Shown one piece after another: positions 9,862 to 18,710 of a stretch of DNA of 35,863 bases. Both the position numbers and the translations under genes were made by a program. The notes under the pieces are model-generated. The model was not told the DNA's origin. It did not search any database and was given only the letters and a program-made list of their open reading frames with translations. Numbering within the stretch: position 1 is the first letter of the stretch; the number at the start of each line of letters is the position of its first letter. Source of the DNA: a virus (taxonomy: Duplodnaviria; Caudoviricetes); IMG/VR virus record IMGVR_UViG_3300030372_005731, positions 1 to 35,863 of that record; one strand, 5' to 3'.

Positions 9862-10026
9862 TTATATCATTGCTAAATAAACGCTGTTTTTCTTTTGGCT
9901 AAAATCAAAACTATGGTCAGTGGTCGGGGATGGTGCTGGATGGTCTTCCTCTAGAGTGTATGATATACCATTTACAAACTCTTTTTTTAGCCCAGCCTCT
10001 CCTAGCCCGTGAACCCGTATAAGCAT
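9862..10026 (-). CDS. Small virion-associated protein, 54 aa (not in ORF track)
   Basis: TAATG stop/start overlap; MLIRVHGLGEAGLKKEF...FDFSQKKNSVYLAMI fills the gap exactly. Confidence 0.65.
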   Translation of the reverse strand: MLIRVHGLGEAGLKKEFVNGISYTLEEDHPAPSPTTDHSFDFSQKKNSVYLAMI

Positions 10027-10697
10027 TAGACGCTCACCACTTTTGAGTTAAACTCTATTGTCGTAGCCTCATTACCAGGTAGCCCTGTATAATCAACGAC
10101 ACGTATTCGATACCCATTCGGTGGCCAACCATAGTTGCCGTCAATATTCCCAGATACTGGGTCGTCTGCATTTGATGTGATAAATGCGTCATGCGTATTA
10201 ATATTTCGTGGCTCTGGATGCCCCTTTCCAAGGGCAGATAAGGTATGCTCCAATAAATATGTACAGACGTTTTCAGTCCCTTCAGTGTTATATGAATTTA
10301 TATCCCAGCTAATCCCGTTAAAGCCCTGCTCAGAGGGTTTTATCCATGTAGACACACACTTGCCTGTAATATTGCCTGTGATATTTCCTGCGCCTACCAT
10401 ATTTGATCTAAAAACTCTTAATATCTTATTGAAGTATTTAACTGATTCTCGTGTGTTATTATTTGGGGCTGCAATGTCTTCTGAGATAGTATTTCCGTAT
10501 TGGTCTTCTCCAAATATAGTGATCGTCCCCGTTTCTGCTGTGGTCGATGTTAAGGAAACCTTGTAAGACAAATCGCCTCCATTAAATTTGCCACCTTCAA
10601 CTAAAGACCCATCTAAGGGGATGACCCCTAATGTGGATTGCGCTGTAAACAAACCGTCTGTTGCTGCGTACTTTGGTACTAATTTTAAATTAGGCAT
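10026..10697 (-). CDS. Putative structural protein, 223 aa
   Basis: Beta-rich, TITIFGEDQYGNTISEDI motif, directly after the capsid gene. Confidence 0.6.
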   Translation of the reverse strand: MPNLKLVPKYAATDGLFTAQSTLGVIPLDGSLVEGGKFNGGDLSYKVSLTSTTAETGTITIFGEDQYGNTISEDIAAPNNNTRESVKYFNKILRVFRSNMVGAGNITGNITGKCVSTWIKPSEQGFNGISWDINSYNTEGTENVCTYLLEHTLSALGKGHPEPRNINTHDAFITSNADDPVSGNIDGNYGWPPNGYRIRVVDYTGLPGNEATTIEFNSKVVSV

Positions 10698-10797
10698 ATG
10701 CCTTCCCCCTATTTTTTTTAATGTAATTGTTTTGAGACTTCTTTCGTAATAAAAAGCCGCATTGAATTACACAGCTAGTTTTTTTGTGACGCTAGAA

Positions 10798-10817
10798 GGG
10801 GCCCCCCCCTGGGCCCC
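10798..10817 (-). terminator. GC-rich hairpin after major capsid gene (weak terminator or mRNA stabiliser)
   Basis: GGGGCCC/GGGCCCC inverted repeat about 20 nt after the stop, followed only by TTCT. Confidence 0.5.
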
Positions 10818-10838
10818 CACTGCAATTAAAAGAGTAGG

Positions 10839-11726
10839 TTATGCACCTAGAGACCCACAAATCGATCTCCAGTCAGCACAGCCAATACCATAACGCTGTT
10901 TTGCTACAAACCGTCTAGATAGGTTACCTGGGATATCTTCATTAGTAACTGAAAAACCGTCTCTTATTTGAGAGATTAATCCTTCAGTGCTATTTCTTAA
11001 GAAATAAGCTGTATCAGAGGTTAGGTAAGGTGAAGCAACATAGCCTTGTGGAATTCTTGACTTGAGAATATTAATATCATTGTTATTGCCGCCAGCTACC
11101 TGGTTTGATTCTAACAAGCGTTGAGCTAGCGGTCCTAATGCGGATGGGACTAGTAACATTTTTGGTAAATTATTTACTGGCATACCGGCTCGTCTAAGAG
11201 TCTTGCTTGCGTTAACGATTAATGCTTCCAATGAAGTATTTGATAGCGCTGCAGCTGCAAGTTCATTAGAGTAGGTACCACCACCTGGTAGGTTGTGCGC
11301 GCCAATGATTGAAGCTTCGTCTTGAGCGGTTGAGCCCGTAAATGCGTTAGAAATAAATAACATATGGTCGCGTTCAAACGTTTCTTGAGAACTCATGCCT
11401 AAGTTTAAGGCTCTAGATTTTATTTCGTCCAATCGAGCATCATCTAGCGCCTCTTGTGAAATTACGTATTGAAGTGCAACCGTTTTATTTACAATAGTCT
11501 TTTGGCCATCCTGGATTGGCTGATCTTCAAATACTGGTTGAGCCTCCATCTTATCTTGTGCATACCCAAGTCCAGTAGCTAATGAATAATATTCACTTTG
11601 CCCTTTGCTCTCTCGTCTATCAAAAAATTTACTAGCAACTGCTGGAACGGACTCTTGTCCCCTACTAGCAGAAGATCTTACGCCATCTACATATGCTGGA
11701 TTGATGGTTGAGCGTGTAATAGTCAT
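10839..11726 (-). CDS. Major capsid protein (HK97 fold, Mu gpT-like), 295 aa
   Basis: KTVALQYVISQEALDD, PKMLLVPSAL, SPYLTSDTAYFL, QRYGIGCADWRSICGS motifs; position after scaffold. Confidence 0.85.
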   Translation of the reverse strand: MTITRSTINPAYVDGVRSSASRGQESVPAVASKFFDRRESKGQSEYYSLATGLGYAQDKMEAQPVFEDQPIQDGQKTIVNKTVALQYVISQEALDDARLDEIKSRALNLGMSSQETFERDHMLFISNAFTGSTAQDEASIIGAHNLPGGGTYSNELAAAALSNTSLEALIVNASKTLRRAGMPVNNLPKMLLVPSALGPLAQRLLESNQVAGGNNNDINILKSRIPQGYVASPYLTSDTAYFLRNSTEGLISQIRDGFSVTNEDIPGNLSRRFVAKQRYGIGCADWRSICGSLGA

Positions 11727-11752
11727 AATTTAATCCCCCTTATTTTAATCTA

Positions 11753-12283
11753 TTATATTCCTGCAGTGCCCTTATCGTCAGATAAGTTAAATCGTACAAT
11801 AAGATCTTGATTCACTCCTATATTATCCGAAACGTGAACCTTTCCTTTAATTTTAACGTCATCAGCACCTGCTGCTGCAACAGTTGATAAATCAATCTCT
11901 TGCTGAGAGACTCCTGTGCTGGTATCCCCAACAGCGTCAACAATATCGCATATTTCAAACGTCATGTTTTCTACAAAGTCCGCGGCTGCAGAAGCCTGGG
12001 CAATGAAATCATTGTCAGTAGAATATAAGGTAACATGTGCACGCGTATTTGCTGGTGAATATGAGATAGGTACCCCATGCTCATCTGTTAAGCCTTCAAC
12101 TACTCCTGTGCACAAACTTGCTTCCCCTGCTGCCAGTCTTTCAACGTGGCCATTATTTGTGCCTTTAACTGCGTCGCCTTTGCATAATACGCCGGCATAT
12201 GCGTTAGATTTTATAAAATACCCTGTTACGCGTTTAATTTCGGTTCCCTGTGGTTGGAAACCTTTTGGTGTGTCATTTGCCAT
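11753..12283 (-). CDS. Putative capsid decoration/cement protein, 176 aa
   Basis: MANDTPKGFQP N-terminus, small beta-rich, immediately upstream of MCP. Confidence 0.55.
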   Translation of the reverse strand: MANDTPKGFQPQGTEIKRVTGYFIKSNAYAGVLCKGDAVKGTNNGHVERLAAGEASLCTGVVEGLTDEHGVPISYSPANTRAHVTLYSTDNDFIAQASAAADFVENMTFEICDIVDAVGDTSTGVSQQEIDLSTVAAAGADDVKIKGKVHVSDNIGVNQDLIVRFNLSDDKGTAGI

Positions 12284-12307
12284 TTCATTTTCCCCCTTGG
12301 CTTTATT

Positions 12308-13012
12308 TTATGTGTAAATTACTTCTGAAAAGCCATGTTCAGAATAATTACGACTTTGTCTTGCTGGTGTGTTCTTATCGATCATCGATTGATGTTGTCG
12401 ATTAGCACGAACCGTATTAGTCATATATAAAACTAGATCTCCATTCGTATGCATGATTAAGCCTTGCTCATCACCCATATAAGTTCCAGGTCTATACTCT
12501 GATAGTTCTTTTGCTTTCCTATAGTGCTTTACGTGTTCAGAGGTTGCTGGAACCCATCCACTTGAAATATATTCAACGGCTTGTTCCGGCCTAATCCATC
12601 TAAATGTAAGTCCCAACTCAGGATTGGGCTCTGCTAATAAGTCTAATATTTCCAAATGATGAGACGCATCAATTGCATACAATTCTTCTTCATCTGGCTC
12701 TTGTAAAGCTCTCTGCAATAAATTACTATCTGTTTCGGGTGTTTTTTTTACGTCTGTGTCAAGACCGTTTTCTTGATTAGACTGTGTGGATAATTTTACG
12801 TCATTATCTTGACGATATCTCTTTTTAGCGGCCAACTTACCGTGAATACGACTAGTTGTTGCTTTATCTAGATTACAGGTAATATTATCTCCTGTCTCTA
12901 GACATATATCATACAAACCTTCTTCATTTTTGTCAAGGCTTACAATATTGTCGAAATGCACGTTCATACCGTCATGCTCAAAATAATCTAATTTCTTTTT
13001 CTTTTTTGACAT
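12308..13012 (-). CDS. Head-module hypothetical protein, 234 aa
   Basis: FRWIR....SGWVP...GDLVLY motif recurrent in genes between scaffold and capsid in this phage type. Confidence 0.55.
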   Translation of the reverse strand: MSKKKKKLDYFEHDGMNVHFDNIVSLDKNEEGLYDICLETGDNITCNLDKATTSRIHGKLAAKKRYRQDNDVKLSTQSNQENGLDTDVKKTPETDSNLLQRALQEPDEEELYAIDASHHLEILDLLAEPNPELGLTFRWIRPEQAVEYISSGWVPATSEHVKHYRKAKELSEYRPGTYMGDEQGLIMHTNGDLVLYMTNTVRANRQHQSMIDKNTPARQSRNYSEHGFSEVIYT

Positions 13013-13013
13013 T

Positions 13014-13790
13014 TTATAGTCCTCTCGATTGTCGCCATGCAGGCTGCTTTTTAATAAAATCTTTCACTTGTTTTGTTGTTTTACCTGCTAGTTCGTTAGA
13101 GAAGACTTCTTTGTAGCTTTGGATATCTGATTTTGTGGGCTCGTCATCTTCATCGACAAAATTTGATGCCTGTGAAACACCTTCAGTTGCAGGGGGTGCT
13201 GATTTTTTATTTTTCTGATAAGTCTTTAACTCTACTTCTTTTGAAACAAGATCAAGTATTTGTTCAGCTGTTAAATTGCTATATTTTGGATCTTTATCAA
13301 ATTTTTGCGACAATTCAATCGCAAGGTCTGTTTTCTCTTTATCGACCTCATACCAACTGTTTTTTGACCTAAAATATTCATCTGCACTAAATTCAACGGG
13401 GGTTTTTCCTAGATATAAATCTCTTAACTGCTTATCATATTTATTGAACCCATCCCAGTCATTATTCTTCATGGCTTCGGTTCTTAGGTCTTCAGTGGAT
13501 TTGATATCTCTTTTTTTCGCTTCATTTTTAATTTTATTTAACTCTGCCTGAGTAGCATGTAATTGCTGTTGATAGGAGGCTTCTAGATCTTTTTTTTCTG
13601 CAATAATTTGCTGTATACGTTCTTGAGCAGAGCGTTTCTTTTTCTTAGGTTGTTCTTCAACTCGTTCTTCAACCTGTTCTTCTGCTTGCTCTTCTGCTTG
13701 CTCTTCAATGGTCTCCTCGACATCAGTATTATTAATGCCGTCTTGAGCTTGATCAGATACAATTTCTTCGCTTGAATTATCTTCTATCAT
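13014..13790 (-). CDS. Capsid scaffolding protein, 258 aa
   Basis: Acidic N-terminus, AQERIQQI coiled coil, KNSWY motif, between portal and MCP. Confidence 0.7.
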   Translation of the reverse strand: MIEDNSSEEIVSDQAQDGINNTDVEETIEEQAEEQAEEQVEERVEEQPKKKKRSAQERIQQIIAEKKDLEASYQQQLHATQAELNKIKNEAKKRDIKSTEDLRTEAMKNNDWDGFNKYDKQLRDLYLGKTPVEFSADEYFRSKNSWYEVDKEKTDLAIELSQKFDKDPKYSNLTAEQILDLVSKEVELKTYQKNKKSAPPATEGVSQASNFVDEDDEPTKSDIQSYKEVFSNELAGKTTKQVKDFIKKQPAWRQSRGL

Positions 13791-14164
13791 TTTACAACTA
13801 TGCCCCCTGATAACTCTGTATATGACATCAAATCAGTACCCGTCGGAACTTCTCTTAACACATATTGACTATTATTTGTTTCATAAGAATCTTCAACAAT
13901 ACTTTCTCGTAAGGTAAGGCATTGCGAGTTAACTAAAACAAATTTTTCATCACCGTAATTCTTTCCAGTTGTCATAGCAGGCGGCCAAGATACAAAATCG
14001 CCAACTTTAAAGTTCGAAACTTGCGGTCCTATAGCTAAAATAGTGCCTTCAAACAAATCGTAATCATTAGATGTTTGACTTAATATAATACCAGACTGTG
14101 TTTTAGTTACTTCTTTTTGTTTTATTAAACAAACACTTTTTCTTGTTTCAATAATGTGCTTCAT
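13787..14164 (-). CDS. groES: GroES-like co-chaperonin, 125 aa
   Basis: KTQSGIIL mobile loop, GTILAIGP, FKVGDFV. Confidence 0.85.
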   Translation of the reverse strand: MKHIIETRKSVCLIKQKEVTKTQSGIILSQTSNDYDLFEGTILAIGPQVSNFKVGDFVSWPPAMTTGKNYGDEKFVLVNSQCLTLRESIVEDSYETNNSQYVLREVPTGTDLMSYTELSGGIVVK

Positions 14165-14177
14165 AATTTCTCCTGTA

Positions 14178-14408
14178 TCATTTAATTTCTTTTAACTCTT
14201 CCAATAAGTCGGCCAAACAGCCTATTCTGCCTGAAATGTTATTAAAATCTCTAAATAATTGGTCTTTGTCATTTGAATTTAAATCGCACATAATTGATTT
14301 TTCATCTTGTATAATTGTCTCTATGTATTTATAAAGAATTTTACTTTGTGGCATTGATATCCACTGTTTAAATTCAACTCCCTCTAAGAGACTTTTCTGT
14401 TTATTCAA
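14178..14408 (-). CDS. Hypothetical protein, 76 aa
   Basis: TTG start with AGGAGG RBS overlapping the portal stop. Confidence 0.7.
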   Translation of the reverse strand: MNKQKSLLEGVEFKQWISMPQSKILYKYIETIIQDEKSIMCDLNSNDKDQLFRDFNNISGRIGCLADLLEELKEIK

Positions 14409-16225
14409 ACTACCTCCTTTCCACTATCCATATCTTTCTGTACTTCGTCAGCTATTCTTTGCTCCCTCACCTGAGCCTCATTAATATCAGCATCAACTTG
14501 GCTAGCTATAGTATCTTCATAAGTTTGCTGTTCTGCTTGCTTTTGCGCTTGTTCTTGCGCCATTTCTTGTCTCTCCTGCTCTTTATCAATTTGTGCAAGT
14601 AATTCTTGAATGGTATCTTCATCCTCACCAATGGCATTTAACCTAGACTCTAAATCTAGCTTTTGAGCCTCAAGATTGTTTGCTAATAAGGGGTTTTCCA
14701 TAATAACCTTGTGCAAGTACTCTGCCTTAGCCAACGCCTGTCTTTCTGATATCTGATTTGGATCTGCTATTAGTTCTATTTTAGAAATAGCCTCTATATC
14801 TTGAGTGGCAATCACTCCTTCATAAACCATTTGCATAGTCTTAAAATAATCATCCTCTATTAAGTAACGCTCCATCAGATCTTTCATAATCCCAAATTCT
14901 TTTGTTATTGCTAAATGGATAGATCTTTGTATTGATGTAAACATCTCTTCGGATTTTTCTATAGCAATTTCTGCAGCGGTAGCTGTGGTGTCACTTCTTG
15001 GGGCTTGACCATTTGCAATTTCTGTTTGCGAGGTAAATTCATTCATACTACTTACTAGAAGCTGAATAGAATTATATAACATCGGACTAGGTGCCGGAAA
15101 ATTAAGTACAGAAAATGCTTTTTTAACCTCATCAGCTCTTGTATTTACATGGTTTATTTTGCCTGGTGAAATTGGATAGTCCCCAGATAACCCTGTTCTT
15201 TTATCTAAAAACATTGGTGGCATCAAATTAAGTGTTTGAGCATCAATAATCTGGCGCATAATGGTATTAATAGTCTTCTGCGAACTGTAAAATAAGTGGC
15301 CAAACCCATAGCCATATATGCTATTAGGATTAGTCACACAGCTAACAGTTACGAAATAATGTATTGGATCATAGCCTTTTTCATCTTTCCAGCGAGGCGT
15401 TATTCGATATACTTGGCCAGTACTACGATTAAACGTGACTATTCTAGGCTTTCTACAATCATCCCCTTTGAGCTTGATATAAGTATGACACTCTACGACA
15501 TCAATTACATCTGCGTAATCATTTGAGTTTAAAGTATTTTCAATACCTCTATTTCTCATTGATTCTTCTAACAAACTTCTGTCTTGATTTTCTGTAGGGA
15601 CAGGAAGAGGGTCGTGCTTAATCCATAGTTTAGATTTCATTCTTTTTTCAATTTCATTTTGAGTGAAGTGTAGTATCTGGCTATATCTGTAAGACGATTC
15701 CAATGAAATACTGTTATAAGCAATAACGAAATCTTCAGGTAACACAAGTTCTGACTGCGGTCCCTTATCCCAAAATACTTTTCTTACATAAAACCCATCT
15801 CTAGCCAAAACATAAAACGACTTTGCATAACTTTCGAATAAATCAGTATTGTTTTTAATATGGTTATTAAAATATCTTTGAACCCTAACAGCACTTTCTT
15901 TAAATTCAGGAAGCACTGCGTAAGCACGGGTTGGAGATTTAGTGTTTTTTAATAAATTGTTTGTAGCGGTAGATTTAAACTTTGTAATTGCTGTATGCAA
16001 ATTCGGTAAATTAACCTTACATGCGGATTGAGCTGAGGAATCTGATGATTTTTCTAGTATACCTCTTATATCTACCATTTTTTTACGCATTGATTGAGTG
16101 CTATCAAAATCGGCATCAAAGCCATCCTTAACTTCCTGCCCAATACGATCAAGCTCAGTCTGCTTCAAGCCTACTGCTTCATTCACTTCTGATAAAATAT
16201 AATAATCTTCGTTTTCTTCTGCCAT
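14405..16225 (-). CDS. Portal protein, 606 aa
   Basis: RKVFWD, IYGYGFGH, RQIIDAQTLNLMP, ISPGK, TTATA motifs; C-terminal coiled barrel; follows terminase. Confidence 0.9.
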   Translation of the reverse strand: MAEENEDYYILSEVNEAVGLKQTELDRIGQEVKDGFDADFDSTQSMRKKMVDIRGILEKSSDSSAQSACKVNLPNLHTAITKFKSTATNNLLKNTKSPTRAYAVLPEFKESAVRVQRYFNNHIKNNTDLFESYAKSFYVLARDGFYVRKVFWDKGPQSELVLPEDFVIAYNSISLESSYRYSQILHFTQNEIEKRMKSKLWIKHDPLPVPTENQDRSLLEESMRNRGIENTLNSNDYADVIDVVECHTYIKLKGDDCRKPRIVTFNRSTGQVYRITPRWKDEKGYDPIHYFVTVSCVTNPNSIYGYGFGHLFYSSQKTINTIMRQIIDAQTLNLMPPMFLDKRTGLSGDYPISPGKINHVNTRADEVKKAFSVLNFPAPSPMLYNSIQLLVSSMNEFTSQTEIANGQAPRSDTTATAAEIAIEKSEEMFTSIQRSIHLAITKEFGIMKDLMERYLIEDDYFKTMQMVYEGVIATQDIEAISKIELIADPNQISERQALAKAEYLHKVIMENPLLANNLEAQKLDLESRLNAIGEDEDTIQELLAQIDKEQERQEMAQEQAQKQAEQQTYEDTIASQVDADINEAQVREQRIADEVQKDMDSGKEVV

Positions 16226-16247
16226 AATTTTCCCCCTATTTTAATGC

Positions 16248-16296
16248 AAAAAAAAAGGCCAGAAACCACGAAATTAATCGTAAATCTCTGACCTTT
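16248..16296 (-). terminator. Intrinsic terminator in the portal 5' leader
   Basis: AGGUCAGAGAUU(U)ACGA-UUAAUU-UCGUGGUUUCUGGCCU, about 16 bp with G-U pairs only on the - strand, running into a U9 tract about 10 nt before the portal RBS. Confidence 0.85.
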
Positions 16297-16343
16297 GTTA
16301 TCTTTGGGTGTTTTAATACCTAAGTTTCTACGGGCCTTTATAT

Positions 16344-16372
16344 ATTATAAAAACTACTCTCTATTGTGCCAC
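16344..16372 (-). promoter_or_regulatory. Sigma70-type promoter for the portal leader
   Basis: GTGGCA-17 bp-TATAAT; predicted start near 16338. Confidence 0.5.
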
Positions 16373-16419
16373 ATATGCAGCATTAGTAAAATAATACATA
16401 TCAATAATGCCTCAACCAT
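16354..16419 (-). CDS. Hydrophobic micropeptide, 21 aa
   Basis: MVEALLICIILLMLHMWHNRE; overlaps upstream micro-ORF stop. Confidence 0.3.
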   Translation of the reverse strand: MVEALLICIILLMLHMWHNRE

Positions 16420-16492
16420 TCATAACGCTCGCAATGCAATAAATTAAAAAAAGCAATGATATTAATGTTACAACAACGCCTTTTAACGACAT
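16412..16492 (-). CDS. Hydrophobic micropeptide, 26 aa
   Basis: MSLKGVVVTLISLLFLIYCIASVMNG; starts 2 nt after the previous stop. Confidence 0.4.
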   Translation of the reverse strand: MSLKGVVVTLISLLFLIYCIASVMNG

Positions 16493-16494
16493 AA

Positions 16495-16641
16495 TTATTT
16501 AGCCTTTCTTTGATAAACTTTTTTTGTCATCACAGCGTTAATCATTACATTGTCTTTTACACAAATCTTGATTTCGCCTCCCCCTACATTCAGCTTTTTA
16601 ATTAGTTCACCTATTGTAAGACTATCGTCTAAATTAGTCAA
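16495..16641 (-). CDS. Small protein, 48 aa, DUF2292/YezD-like pattern
   Basis: TTG start at 16641 with GGGAGG RBS (the track's 16707 start is less likely); helix then GGEIKICVKDNVMINAVMTKK. Confidence 0.5.
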   Translation of the reverse strand: MTNLDDSLTIGELIKKLNVGGGEIKICVKDNVMINAVMTKKVYQRKAK

Positions 16642-16786
16642 GAAGCTGCGCCTCCCTTTTGGTAAAAACCTTCCAATCAATGACTTGGTGCTCCTTAAAC
16701 TTTGCAACGATATTTAACTCTCCGTTTGTTAGTCTTTCGTTATCAGCGATTAATAAGATAGCCTTAAATAATTCATTTTTTTTCAT
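16634..16786 (-). CDS. Small protein, 50 aa (not in ORF track)
   Basis: MKKNELFKAILLIADNERLTNGELNIVAKFKEHQVIDWKVFTKREAQLLD; starts 2 nt after the terL stop. Confidence 0.6.
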   Translation of the reverse strand: MKKNELFKAILLIADNERLTNGELNIVAKFKEHQVIDWKVFTKREAQLLD

Positions 16787-16788
16787 TA

Positions 16789-18372
16789 TTAATACCCCGT
16801 TATCGGGTCAAGATTCGACCCTTTATTATTTACATTAAACTGATCTTCACCATCTTCCCATGTAGTTTCTAGTAAAGCTAATCTATACAAGTTTTCGCAC
16901 ATATCATCATCTTTCTTTGATGCCTTTCCATCCTTATCATAGCCCCAACTTGATATTTGCCCTATTGTCCTTACCATATCTCTAAAAAAGAACAGGCTAG
17001 GCTCACCATGAAAGTTATTTAATAGCTCATTAATAGATAAAATACCGTCAGACTTCTGTTTAGAACCTGCTTCTAAAAACAAATTATATTTATATAGCAC
17101 ATCATCAATTTTACCCCATGTTGTGTTTTCTTGATTTTTATCTGCCTTTGCAAGGGGATCACATATAACCCTGTTAATTTTAAGCCCATATCGATTCATT
17201 TTATTAGCTATACTCTCTCCAATAATAGTGCCATTACCTCTTATGCATTCCTCAAAACAACAATACTTATACCCAGCTTTAGATGTAGCTAAATACAGAA
17301 CATCATGCTCCTTGCTCATACCAATATCTATCGCGACATCAACAAGCCAATCCTTAGGAATCTCTTTTCGATCTATAACGTGTTTCTTGTAGTCAAAATC
17401 AGGCAATACTTTTGCTGCAGCAAAGGCGTCTCCACCTTCAATTCGAACTTTTATTTCATCTGCGCTTAAAGCTGCTTTAAATTGATCAATACCTTCCTGA
17501 GACAAACCAAAGTTCTTGTTGTCGTAAGAAGTTCCCTTAACATGGAAATAATCATCCCTTAATTGACCCTTTCTAGGGCCTTCTTTATACTTAGCTTCCT
17601 CGACATCATCCTTAAACCAGAAGGCATGAGTGTCTTTTTTAGTTAATGTACAAGAATAGAATTCCAATCCTTCATAGTCAGTTAAACCTCGCATTGTGGC
17701 TATTCTAACTTCTTGGCTCGGAGGCTCATCCCAGAAGAGAGCATGGCAATTACCACCCTCTAACGTTTTCGGGTCCTGTCTATTAGAATAAATCTTAAGC
17801 TCACTACCAGTTAAGTCATCTTTATGATAGTTCTCCGCACTCATATTATTCTTTCTGGTTGTTTTAGGTCTTGATTTAGGCCATAGATCATTAAAATTCT
17901 TAACTAATACATCTTTAACATGAGATTCCCAATCGGAGCCTATCCACTTAATACTGACCGGACCTTTCCATTTATATTTCTTCCATATCCAAAATTGCTT
18001 CTCAGGATCATCTAATTCCCATGGAAAACACCCTATCATTATTGAAATGATCAATATCACCATGATCGTGGTCTTCCCAGACCTATTACCGCCTGTATAG
18101 GTAAATAACTTAAAAGCGCCTGTTTCAAAAGCCTCAATGATTTCTTTCTGCTTAGGATTAGGACCCCAAGTCCCATAAGGACCTAGTTTACCGTACCCAG
18201 GCTTACCAAAGTACTTAAGCTTATCTTTTAACTGCTGCTCAGTTATATTATTATCAATCTTAGCCTTTTTTTCTTTTTTTTTCTTTATACCTGCCTCTAG
18301 ACTTAACATCTTTTTTTCAAGATATCTAATCTCATCAGCTACATTTTTAAATTTCTTCTTATCTTGCGACAT
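16789..18372 (-). CDS. terL: Terminase large subunit, 527 aa
   Basis: Walker A GGNRSGKTT, Walker B LFWDEPP, nuclease VAIDIG, C-terminal KDDDMCENLYR. Confidence 0.93.
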   Translation of the reverse strand: MSQDKKKFKNVADEIRYLEKKMLSLEAGIKKKKEKKAKIDNNITEQQLKDKLKYFGKPGYGKLGPYGTWGPNPKQKEIIEAFETGAFKLFTYTGGNRSGKTTIMVILIISIMIGCFPWELDDPEKQFWIWKKYKWKGPVSIKWIGSDWESHVKDVLVKNFNDLWPKSRPKTTRKNNMSAENYHKDDLTGSELKIYSNRQDPKTLEGGNCHALFWDEPPSQEVRIATMRGLTDYEGLEFYSCTLTKKDTHAFWFKDDVEEAKYKEGPRKGQLRDDYFHVKGTSYDNKNFGLSQEGIDQFKAALSADEIKVRIEGGDAFAAAKVLPDFDYKKHVIDRKEIPKDWLVDVAIDIGMSKEHDVLYLATSKAGYKYCCFEECIRGNGTIIGESIANKMNRYGLKINRVICDPLAKADKNQENTTWGKIDDVLYKYNLFLEAGSKQKSDGILSINELLNNFHGEPSLFFFRDMVRTIGQISSWGYDKDGKASKKDDDMCENLYRLALLETTWEDGEDQFNVNNKGSNLDPITGY

Positions 18373-18550
18373 AATAACTCATTATATCCTTATACTCTCG
18401 TGAACCGCTTCCAGCAGTACAAGCTTTATCGCACATCCATGCTAAATAAGGTTCTTTCTCTCTACCCTTTAAATCTCGATAAAATACATAACTATCCATC
18501 CTCTCTTTGCAAACAGGGCATATAGCCGTTTTAAACGCCCTATCTCGCAT
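18359..18550 (-). CDS. Small Cys-containing (zinc-binding?) protein, 63 aa
   Basis: CPVC and CDKAC motifs; overlaps terL start. Confidence 0.55.
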   Translation of the reverse strand: MRDRAFKTAICPVCKERMDSYVFYRDLKGREKEPYLAWMCDKACTAGSGSREYKDIMSYYVAR

Positions 18551-18710
18551 CAGGGTAATCCTTATTTATTACAGGGTATCCATGGTTTTTAAAATAATCT
18601 CGCTTCGCTAAAGTTAAATCCTCGTTTAAGTGATATAATAATACCTCCAACTGTAACAACCTAGCTTTGGCTTTAGCAATCTTTTTCATAGACTCTTTTT
18701 TTGTAGGCAT
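18540..18710 (-). CDS. Hypothetical protein, 56 aa (not in ORF track)
   Basis: MPTKKESMKKIAKAKARLLQLEVLLYHLNEDL...; AGGA RBS; overlaps next gene. Confidence 0.55.
   Translation of the reverse strand: MPTKKESMKKIAKAKARLLQLEVLLYHLNEDLTLAKRDYFKNHGYPVINKDYPDAR

Noticed and set aside
7573-9876. Long Val/Ala-rich + strand ORFs
   Set aside because: Antisense shadows of the Thr/Ser/Ala codons of the fibre gene; no RBS or operon context.
16291-16330. preQ1-I riboswitch
   Set aside because: Superficial likeness only; P1 has an A-A mismatch, the A-rich tail is short, and the gene context is wrong.
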